Assembly (NCBI GenBank): GCA_043228905.1
Contig: JBHGNT010000018.1
Location: forward strand, 5,084,001-5,148,000
Reading direction: 5' to 3'
Origin: Azolla caroliniana
Taxonomy: Eukaryota; Plantae; Polypodiophyta
Length of the DNA: 64,000 bases
Shown one piece after another: positions 48,501 through 59,560 of the stretch. The notes under the pieces are model-generated. The model was given only the letters and a program-made list of their open reading frames with translations, did no database searches and had not been told where the DNA came from. Both the position numbers and the translations under genes were made by a program. Position 1 is the first letter of the stretch. Each line of letters opens with the position of its first letter.

Positions 48501-50882
48501 AGCGACAGTACTCCTCGAACTGCCCCCGGTATTCACCTCTATTATCTGCTCGAACCGCCTTCAACTTCCGGCCGGTTTCTCTTTCCACTCTCACGTGGAG
48601 TTCGTTGAAGACGAATAGCACCTGATCCTTCGTCTTCAACGGTGTGGCCCACAGCTTCTGGCTGTGGTCATCTATGAACGTCACGAAGTACTGCGCTCCG
48701 GCATGTGACTTCGTGTCCACTTGACATACATCAGTATGCACCAACTCCAGTGGTGCATTACGTCTCATCGGTGGCCTCGATCGGAAGGAGGTCCGGTTTT
48801 GTTTACCGGCCAAACAATCAGTGCACTTCTCCAAGTGCACGTTCTTTACTGGAATAAGGTTGTCTTTTGCAAGCCTCTTCATCCCCTTCTCTCTCATGTG
48901 ACACAGCCTCTTGTGCCACAGCTCACCGGCAGTGTCGGATGCCACGTTCACTTCCTCCGGACATAACCGGGCATTCAGCAGGTACAACATGTTTACCTTC
49001 CGGGCCCGAGCCACAATCAGGCTCCCTTTGCAGAACTTCATAACATTGTTCTGGATGCTCCCGTGTAGTGTAGCCTTCATCATCTAGCCGACCGGCTGAT
49101 ATCAGGTTCAGACGAACCTCCGGAACGTGTCGAACATCCTTCAGCAGCATCTTGCATCCGGTTGGTGTTGTCAACCACACGTCTCCTATGCCGACAATTC
49201 GGCATGTACCTTCATTCCCCATCCGGACACAGCCGTGATCACCGGTTGAGTAGGACGAGAAGCATTTCCGGTCCGGGGTAAGGTGGAACGACGCTCCGGA
49301 GTCGACCACCCAGGTCATCTCGTCGTCGGCAAGGTTTAGCTCACTCTCCTCCGTGATGAGCATCAACTCTTCTTCACTTGCCGCGATTGCCGTCGTTCCC
49401 TTCCGGTCCGGCCCCCTCCAGTCTTTATTGTTCTGGTCCGGGGTCCGCTTCGAATCGGTACAGTCGGTTTCCTTGTCTTTTCGGAAATGCCGACAGTTCT
49501 TCTGGAAGTGTCCCGGCTTGCTGCAATAGAAGCAAATAGGCCTCCCCCTTGACTTTGACCGTGTCCCCGACTTCTCCCGGTTCTGGGGACTACGGTTCCT
49601 TTGTCTTCCACATTCCGATTCGGTAAGGAGCGCTTTGGAGTCGGAGCTCGTATCCTTATCTTTCCGACGCGCCTCCTCATCTTGCAAGCTCGACTTCACT
49701 CTTGCTAGGGATAACCGTTTCCCTTCCGACCCGGCGTTGCCCAAGGTGACAACCAACGTCTCCCAACTATCCTGGAGGGAGCCGAGCAGGAGTAGTGCTA
49801 GTACCTCATCGGCTAGAGGTACTTCCAATGATGTTGCCTGGTGTATCAGCCCTTGGAAGGCATTCATGTGCTCCGCCATGCTGGAGCCATCTTGGTACCG
49901 GAGTCTTACTAGCTTCCGGAATACTGAAACCTGGTTAACAACATTTTTGTTCTGAAACATAATGTCGATCTTCTCCCAAAGCTCATGAGCCTTGCTCTCT
50001 TCATTGAAGTTGTTGTATAGGCTCATGTCGATGAAGCACCATATGTACACCGTTGTCTTCATGTGCATCACCTCCCATATCGTGGTGTCGATTTTGTCCG
50101 GTCTCTTGTTCCCGAACTGAACCGGCAACCAAAGGTCTTTAACCACAAGCATGTCCCTCATCTTCGACTTCCACAAGGAACAGTTGGAGCCGGTGAGCTT
50201 GAACATGCCTCCAACGATTCGTCCATTTTCTGTGTTGTTTCGCTCTGATACCACTTTGACAAGAACTACACGCTCCGATGAACAACGCTCGGCCACAACC
50301 GAGCTTAGAATCAAAACACAGAAAAAAACGGGGAATGTATGCACGACACAAAGGAGAGAAAAGTACACAGGATGTTTAACGTGGAAAACCCTGAGAGGGA
50401 AAAACCACGGGAGTCCACAGACTCCAAACTATCACTATATCACAATGATTACAATAGTGAGCTCACGGAGGCAACGACCTCGTGCTCACGATCTTCGCCA
50501 CAGGCGGCGGTTACAACAGAGGCAACGACCTCTTTCTCTCTCTCTCTCTGTACACTGTTACGTGCTCTCTCTTCTTGCACCAACAAGAATGACAACCACG
50601 TCACCACACATAAAGTTTGCCCTAAGTCATATTTATACTAATATGACTTTTCAACTATTTACAAATATAGCCTCGATGGACTCTTAGAAACATATTTACG
50701 AATATGTCCCTTCATCCGGTGAGCACTTCTCACCAGGCCTTCACCATCCGGCTCTTGCTGGGTACTCCTCATCCGGTTCCCACCGGATCTTCCGTAGCCG
50801 GGTACTCCTCATCTGGTTCTCACCTGGTCTTCCGTTTCCGGGTACTCCACATCCGGATTCGGCCGAGGCCTGTTTCCTAACA
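45531..50882 (-). mobile_element. Copia family B, full-length copy B2 nested in the A2 gag: LTRs 50257-50882 and 45531-46176, PBS-iMet 50242-50253, PPT 46177-46188, TSD GGACT
   Basis: GGACT at 45526-45530 and 50883-50887. Long ORFs 48923-50368 (gag-PR), 48319-49083 (INT) and 46187-47698 (RT-RH). This is the best-preserved element in the window. Confidence 0.96.
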
Positions 50883-52935
50883 GGACTTCCAAGTGTGGGA
50901 ACAAGCAGCAACAGAGTGATGTACTGCTTTGCGTCCAGTCTCGAAGACCAGCTGTTGAGCCATGTCCGAGATGCCAAGACATCAAAAGAAGCTTGGGGAA
51001 ACCTGAAGAAGGTTTTCGCGGCAAGCACTACGGCCTGAAAGCTGCAACTCCGATAGGAGTTGAGCAATGTCCGACAGAAGGACATGTCGGTAGCCGATTA
51101 CACGGCCCAAATGAAAGAGATTTGTGACTCACTTGCCTCTATCAACGTCACTGTAGAGGAAGATGAGATGGTGCAGATCTGTCTTGGGGTCCTAGCGTCT
51201 AAGTTTAGAGCGTTCCGAACGGTGGTATGTACAAGGGAGAATACGTCGTCATTTTTCGACTTACAGTTGATGCTCCTTGTAGAGGAGAACCACGCCGGTG
51301 TGTCAACAAGTGCACCCACCGACAGCCGGATGCTGTACACGGAGGCGGATCGTCCCCGTGGGTGTGGTGGACGAGGCGGGTCGGCTTGCAATGGTAGCGG
51401 TCAACAAGAGTAGGACCGAAGGCGCAGAGAACATGCCGACAGCAGTTTCGGACCCTCCACAAGCAGGGGGAGGATCCAAAACCGGAAAAGCCGGTAAAGG
51501 GCCAGTCTTGGTGATGAAACACGAGGCTAACCCGATGAAGAAGACCACTTCCAAATCGGAGGAAGTGTGGTACGTTGATTCCGGTGCGTCGAATCACATG
51601 ACGAACGACAAAGGGTGGTTCTCTTTCTTGGAGAAACTGAAACAACCTGGAGTCATCGAAACCGAAGACGACACTCCTCACCAAATCATGCATGTCGGAG
51701 AAGTCCCTTTGAGCCACGTCGAACAGAGGGGGAAGCTTATGAACGTATTACACGTTCCAACTATCACGAAGAACCTGGTGTCAATTGGTCAGATCGTTGA
51801 CTAGGGGATGCAGGTGCGGTTTACGCACCTTGGGTGCTTCATCGAGGAAGAGGGCCAGATTATTGCGCAAGGATGTTCATCCTCGGCATCAATGATGTTG
51901 GCACCGCTTTGTCTGCCAAAGGACAAAAGATTGAATCAGATATTGATCTCTGGCACAAGCGGATCGGCCACGTCAATTACCGGAGGCTTCAAGACCTACA
52001 AATGAAACAAGTTGTTTTTGGTTTGCCGAAGTTCAGTGGTCGGAAGGTCCAAATATGTGTAGTCTGCCAACTCGAGAAGTAACACCGGCTTCCATTCTCC
52101 ACCGAATGAAACCGTAGTTGTAACAAGCTCGACCTTATTCATTCGGATGTATGGGGACTAGCACAAAACGTTAGTCTTAGAGGGAGTCAGTATTTCGTCT
52201 CCTTCATCGACGACTACAGCCGACACACATGGATCTACCTCATTGAGCGGAAGAGCGAAGTCTTCGAGTGTTTCCGGAACCTTCAAAGCTTGGTTGAATG
52301 GGAAACAAAAAGGAAAATCAAGTGTCTGCGATCAGATGCTGGGAAAGAATACTTTTCCAACCAATTCAACAGTTATCTGCATGAGAACGGAATTTGGAGA
52401 AAATTTAGCTGCAGGTACACAACGGAGCAAAACGGTGTGGCCGAGAGGAAGAACCGGTCTAGAGGAGAAGAGCATGCCCAAATTCTACTGGGCTAAGGCA
52501 GTCCGAACGGCCGTCTATATCCAAAACTGGATTGGTGACAAGGTGTCCATGCAAGAGCTATATTTCAGGCGCAAGCCGAATTTGAGACACCTTCGGATAT
52601 TCGGTAGCATTGCATATGTGCATGTGCTGGATGAGAAGCGGAGGAAGTTAGATGCAAAGTCGGAGAAATGCATCCTGGTCGGTTACTCGCATGAGCAAAA
52701 GGGGTATAAGTGTTATAACCCCCGGACGAAGCAAGTCCGAATTAGCCGGGATGTTGAGTTTGATGAGACGGCATCATGGTATGCCTTACTGGCTCCGACT
52801 TCCGACCCCAAACCGATACCGAAGGATGAGGCTAGTGAGCCTGAACCGGTCCAGTTAGAAGATGAAGGGTTCAAGACTCTAGATGTGAGTCCGGAATCGT
52901 TTTGATTGAGTGGACCGAATGAGCAGCTTAGACGG

Positions 52936-53713
52936 TGTCGTGAAGAATTTCGACCAGAGGCGGAAACCGGGAAACATTGGCTACATCGGCGGGGTGCAGC
53001 GTGTGTACGCACCCATGTACATTTAGTGTGAATATCGAGGGCGCCTTTATGGCGCCGAAGAGTAGTCAAGTCGAGACAGACGATCCCATGTAAGTTGGGA
53101 TTCATCCCACATTGTAACGCACCCCTCTCCTTGTTCTATAAAAGGAAGGGAACACCCTTTGGGAAAGGGTTGCCCATTTTGCATTAGAGGGTATACCGTT
53201 AGGTTTAGAGTTAGTTTCTTCTGCTTCTTCTTCTTCTCCCCCTGAATGTTCGCTTAGGGTTTGCTTCAGCTCATCTCCTGCGCAAGACCCCTCTCGGCGC
53301 GACAAGCCCATGAGCTCCCCGACCGGCGGCTTGGCAGCTGACGACTACTGTAACCTACCTTGGACCGGCTTGAAGCTGGGAATGTATTCTTCGTTTATAT
53401 ATATATACATATACGTTTGCATCTGTCTGTGTATATTCGCGTCTTCGTGGGTGTCGGGTGCTTCCCCTTTCCTGCATCTCCTGTACATAAGGGCGTGAGT
53501 CGGGTTGGCCTGTGTGTGTGTGTGTGTGTGTGCGTGTGTGTGCGTAAGTCAGTGTTAAGCGCACGCTCTCTCTCTCTCTCCCTTCGGTTGCTTCCGGTGT
53601 GCTTTTGGGATGCCCCGGAAACGGTGAAGCACGACTTCCTACGCTCCATCACTCCCTAGTCCAAGACCCCCGCGGTCCCGCCTTTCTCCACGCACACACG
53701 TAACAACGCGACA
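52936..53713. mobile_element. Solo LTR (family C) inserted in A2, with a 4-bp TSD ACGG
   Basis: TGTCGTG...CGCGACA termini. ACGG at 52932-52935 and 53714-53717. Removing the LTR and one TSD restores codon register relative to A1. Confidence 0.85.
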
Positions 53714-56656
53714 ACGGGATGACCAGTCGGATGAGAAACCGGCGAGTAGTGGAGACTCTACCGTGCTCTCCCCACGCAAGGAACCGAGGAGACGGTTAAC
53801 GCGCAAAGAGAAAAGGGGAAGAGGAAAGGAAGATGCCGGAGCACGAGACCGGCATGGTGAGTCGGATCGGAGCGGATCTGACTCCGAAAAAGAAGAAGGT
53901 GGATCTTTGGCAACGAAGACCAAACCGGCCAAGAAGAGCCTCAAACCGGGTAACGATAAGTTACACCGGTCTTCCCGTCAGAAGAACCCCGTGAAGCGGT
54001 ACGGGTACAATGAGTACATGGTGCATCACTATGCGTACATGACCAAGGTGGCGGAAGTGCGTGACCCAGAGAGCTACGCAGAAGCGGAAAAGGATGCAAA
54101 TTTGTGTGCTGCTATGGAGGAAGAAATGCGGGCACTTGATGCCAACGACACATGGGACCTAGTTGACCCTCCCTGACACTGTAAACTGATCGGATGTAAG
54201 TGGGTGTACAAGGTAAAGTGCAACGTCGACAGTTCGGTTAACCGGTACAAGGCCTGGTTAGTGGCGAAGGGATATGCGCAAACCCACGGAATCGACTACG
54301 ACGAGACCTTCGCTCCGGTAGCGAAGATGACGACGGTTCGTGTGGTGCTCGCGGTTGCTGCGGCAAGGGGGTGGCATCTTCACCAGATGGACGTGAAGAA
54401 TGCATTTCTTCAAGGCAATCTTGACGAAGAGGTCTTTATGACCCAACCCCCCGATTTCCAGTCGGAGATGAACAAGTCCGCGGTATGCCGGCTGAAGAAG
54501 TCACTTTACGGCCTGAAGTAAGCCCCCCGAGCTTGGAATGCAAAGATCACGCACTGATTGCGTAAGATGGGGTTTGTGGTCTCCAAGTCCGACTCTTCGT
54601 TGTTCATCCGGAAAGGTTCGGACGGTCTGGTTTGCATCTTGCTGTATGTTGATGATCTAGTCATCACCGGACCCAGACTCGATGAAATCAGCCAAGTCAA
54701 GTCCCAACTGTCGGACGCATTTGAGATGAAGGACTTGGGGGACCTTCACTATTTCCTTGGGATCGAGGTAATCCGAACCCCCGACGGCATATTGCTCTCA
54801 CAAAGACACTATGTGTTGAATATGTTGTACAAGTTAGGCATGACGGAATGCCGACCGATCTCCACACCCCTGGACCGGAACCAAAAGCTCCGTTCTGACT
54901 CCGAACCGGCCTGTGATGAGAAGCAGTTCCGACAAATCGTCGGAAGCCTTATATATTTGACAATCACCCGACCCGACATCAGTTATCCAGTCGGCGTGAT
55001 CAGCCAATATATGGAAAAGCTGACCGTGGAGCACCTTTTGTGCACGCATCGAATTTTGCGATATGTGAGCAGCACGAAGGACGGGGGATTGTTATACCGG
55101 CATGGTATAACCGAAGAGCTAGTCAGCTACACTGATGCCGACTTGGCCGAGAATGCATTGGATCGTTAATCCACCTCTAGCTATATGTTTTCCCTTGGTA
55201 GTGCGGTTGTTGCATGGAGCAGCAAAAAGCAGCCAATAGTGGCCCTTTCGAGCACTAAGGTTGAATACCTGGGTGCTACCATTGCCACTTGTGAAGCCAT
55301 TTGGCTTCGGCGACTGCTGCAAGACCTACGGATCGAGGTGCCGACCCTGATCCTGATCTACTACGACAACATAAGCAACATGTAGCTCGCCAAGAACCCC
55401 GTATTCCATGCTCGCACAAAGCACATAGAAGTGCACTACCACTTCGTGCGTGAGCATGACTTGAGCAGTGAAGTCGAACTTCCGTATGTTCATATGGATC
55501 GGCAAGTTGTCGACATCTTCACCAAACCGCTCGAATCGGACAAGTTGTAGCACTTCACCGAAATGCTTGGTGTTCAGCATCTCGACGTGCCACACTTGAG
55601 GGGGAGAACAGGCACAGGCAAAGACACCGGAACGGGCAAAGGCAAAGAAACTGTTGATTGCGTCGGTGAGGGAAGAACCGACAAAGGGAGAGACAAGAAG
55701 AAGAAAAGAACTGAGTCAACAAAGGAAGTTGACACATCCAAACAAGTCGGAACAAGCGGTAGCGGCGGTAGAGTCAAGAAGGACAGAGCCGACCAGAAGA
55801 AGAAGGCCAAGACCCAGACATGGTCCGATGTGGTGAAGGGCCTAGAACCGGAAGACGAATCGGGAGCTACCAATTCGGATAATAGCTAGAACGAATCAGA
55901 GATATCTGATTCGGTTCAACATACGGATTTGGAAGAACCGGAACAATTCAAGGCCAAGAGGACAAGAAGGCAATGAAAGTCGACGCCAACACGAAGGATT
56001 CGGCGATTCGGCAAGCGCCGGAGTCACAGCAACGAGGGAGTTGAATTGGGCATGTTGAGCAGACAAGCCGACCAAGGAGGTCGAGGTGCGCAGAATCAAA
56101 AGGGTCGCGGCAAACAGGACCGGACCGGTTGAGGAGCGTGAACGAGGCGGAGTGATGCCAGAAGGAGCCAGGTGGAAGGACCGGTTACCATGGAGACTGA
56201 CACTACGATCTGACCTCAAGTTGAGCTTGCAGGGGAGTGTTGAGTGGCAAGCTCAACCGGATTCGAATCGGCTGAATAAGCCCGAGCCAGATCGGCATCC
56301 GAAAGGATGAGCCAGATCGATGAGCTGGGGAGCCGGTTAGCTGGATCAAGCAGTAACCGAGAGCCTAGTACCAGCCTAGACTACTAGGTAGTTAATGTCT
56401 CGTAGTTAGTGTCAGACACTCGTGTGAGCATTGAAGTACACCGTACTTCTATCAGTCCTCTTAGGACTTGTATAAATAGTGATGTTGAGCACGTTCTATG
56501 TACAGAGAATTTTACAGAGTTGTTGATAATAGATTTAAGTTGTTTTGCTCTTTCTCTATCTCTCCTGCGTACCATCTGTGTGTTAATCTCTCTCTCTCTC
56601 TCTGTTGCTATCCAGCTAAGCCGATTGTCTAACTCTTCCGCACCTTCGTTTTTACA

Positions 56657-58340
56657 AAAGGTTCAATTACATGAGCATTAATGTGGAATACAAATGTGAT
56701 CAAATGCACACCCCCTAATAAACAACCTTAGGACCCACACAAATGTCCCACCACCAATATTTCGAATTGTCCAAATGCCTATTTCAATATTTCTATCAAC
56801 TTTGGTATATGAGCTTTTGGCCTAGGAATTGGCTTTAGGTTCTACGGTACATGTGGTATCATAAAGTCATCGTTGGTTCTACAAGTGTATGATCAAAACT
56901 ACCTATTTCTTGTTGAGAGAAAGCAAATGCCCTCCCATGTCTCTCCAACATTTCTATGAGCTTTAACTCCTCTTCAAGTAAAAGGAACCCACCTCACCCA
57001 CTCATTGCTTCTTTCAATAAAGGAAGACTAATACTTCTCGGGTCTCTCAAACTAGTATCCACCATCACTTCTTTTATCCTTTGCAAACTATCTCAAAGCA
57101 AGGGAGTGGCTACTAGCTTCTATTAAATATAGTCAATGATCACCCCAAGTTTCAATTTTATCCCCACATGTATTCTTATAGTTCATATTTCATGATAGCA
57201 CCCCAAATGGGGAGTAGTTATGACAGGAACTCACGCTCCCGATGAACAACGCTCGGCCACAACCAAGCTTAGAATCAAAACACAGAAAAAAAACGGGAAT
57301 GAATGCACGACACAAAGGAGAGAGAGTACACAGGATGTTTAACGTGGAAAACCCTGAGAGGGAAAAACCACGGGAGTCCACAGACTCCAAACTATCACTA
57401 TATCACAATGATTACAATAGCGAGCTCACGGAGGCAACAACCTCGTGCTCACGATCTTCGCCACAGGCAGCGGTTACAACAGAGGCAACGACCTCTTCCT
57501 CTCTCTCTCTCTCTCTCTGTACACAATTACGCGCTCGGATCTTGCGCAAACAAGAATGACACAACGACTCTCATGTCTCAGTTTGCCCTAAGTCATATTT
57601 ATACTAAAATGACTTTTCGGCTATTTACAAATATAGCCACGATGGACTCTCAGAAACATATTTACGAATATGTCTCTTCATCCGGTGAGCACTCCTCACC
57701 GAGCCTGCATCATCCAACGCTTGCCGGGTACTCGTCATCCGGTTCTCACCGGGTCTGCACCATCCGGCTCTCCGTAGCCGGGTACTCCTCATCCAGTTCT
57801 CACCGGGTCTGCATCATCCGGCACTTGCCATAGCCGGGTACTCCTCATCCGGTTCTCACCGGGTCTGCACCATCCGGCTCTCCGTAGCCATGTATTCCTC
57901 ATCCGGTTCTCACTTCCCATCCGGAGGGACTTGTTTCCTAACAAGTTATTGTCCAACCCGAACATATGGGTCAATGAGGTGTCGATCAAGGGAAACCCTA
58001 GATGAGTCGAATAGATATATTTAGGAAAGAGGGAAGTAGGGTAATGATATTGACTACTTAGGTCAACTAGAATAATATTCTTTGTTGGCAAGTTAAGATG
58101 TACGTAATCTTGAAATATGCGGCAGTAACTTCAAGATTAATACTATCAAGCACTAGCTTGTATGTAGAGAGTTAGGTCATATTAAATGACTAGTCAATTG
58201 ACAAAAAAGGAATATCCCCGCTACTATAAACTAATTTGCGCACTTAATGGCCTTGTCCATGAATGTTACAGCTACTCCACTATGTATTCACCACCCTCCA
58301 TTTTCTGGCGAAAATCTAGATGGCACTAACTAGAGTCTAA
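56657..58340 (-). mobile_element. Old Ty3/Gypsy pol relic; continues at ~44730-44844 on the other side of A2
   Basis: Minus strand gives FAFSQQEIG..PHVP..LKPIP and GVCAFDHICIPH.AHVIEPL|YGLLKKGRKFE across the A2 insertion site. Confidence 0.7.
57221..57943 (-). mobile_element. Solo LTR of Copia family B (B3), TSD AGTTA
   Basis: Matches the B2 LTRs end to end. AGTTA at 57216-57220 and 57944-57948. Confidence 0.93.
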
Positions 58341-58782
58341 GGACGTTCCAAATGTCCACCATTTTTTATTCCTAAGCAATGATTCTTTCCATCTCTCATG
58401 TCTCTTTTCATGATGAATCCCACTATATTTCATTACTCAAGCTACATTGCTCTCATTGCTCTCTAGTTCGGCTTCATATAATGACAGTGTCTACTAATAT
58501 CGATCATTAAACTTGTGTTTCCAAATCCATATTTATATTTATACAATAGACAAGGCATGTGGCTTGTATACCATATTGATTAAATTTGTATGTATTAGTA
58601 ACTTCTCTTTATATACAAGGGTAATAAAATACATTTCTCTTGTACAACCATCTCAATAGAGATAAACTCTTTATCTTCTATCGAGAATAAATGTAACCTT
58701 CCCAACACAACATCTTAGGCTATGTCAAGGTTAATAATGTAGCTCTATAACATTCTATAAGGAAACTTCGAAATAATGTATG

Positions 58783-59473
58783 TCACATCCTTTTAGTCTT
58801 CATATTTGATTTTGAATAGTGTTGCAAAAATGGTGGGCGATCCTTTCGCACACGAATCCCTCCACAACTACGACACTAGTTCACAACAAAAGAGACAATC
58901 AATAGGATTGAATATTACAATCTTGACATTTGTTAAAAAATACATTGTCCTCAATGAAAATTCACCACGATGCATATTTAGATCCATCCATTCATAAAAT
59001 GTTTTGGTATGCTAATAACATCAACAAATTATTCTACATCTTCATTCCATTGTAACACTAGCTTAATTGTGTATTATGTACGACTTTAGCCATTAATAGC
59101 CAATGTCAACACAATATGAAGACAAACATGTCCAAAAAGGAATTCGGGTTTTTTTATATAGATATTTTGAGAGAAGAACGCACCTTTGAAAAAATAAATT
59201 TCTTGTATAATACAAAGTTTATTAACAATATATATTACCTTGCATGTACATGAACCAAAGCACAAGGGGCATGGATCAATGTGGGTCCATTTTCCTTCCC
59301 AGATAACACCACCTTTGCCCTTGCAAATTTCACATTTAGTGACGCCATAACCATTGCAGTTCACACAAATGGTCTAATCTCAAGATTAAGCAAGACAAAA
59401 ACAATCAGATATGAAAGAAACTTGTGTGAAAAGACTTCAAGCTATGAGATCACAAAATAGATGAAAAAGTCGT

Positions 59474-59560
<87 letters not shown>

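Larger units (their letters stand above)
44845..56656 (+). mobile_element. Copia family A, full-length copy A2: LTRs 44845-45278 and 56238-56656, PBS-iMet 45279-45290, PPT 56231-56237, TSD AAAGG. Degenerate gag-pol.
   Basis: TG..CA LTR pair, TGGTATCAGAGC PBS, AAAGG at 44840-44844 and 56657-56661. All Copia domains are present, with stops and frameshifts. Confidence 0.95.

Noticed and set aside
45613-57833. Recurrent 100-178-aa ORFs (MHDTKER..) at 45613, 50339 and 57242
   Set aside because: They lie antisense within family-B LTRs, and their recurrence only reflects LTR identity.
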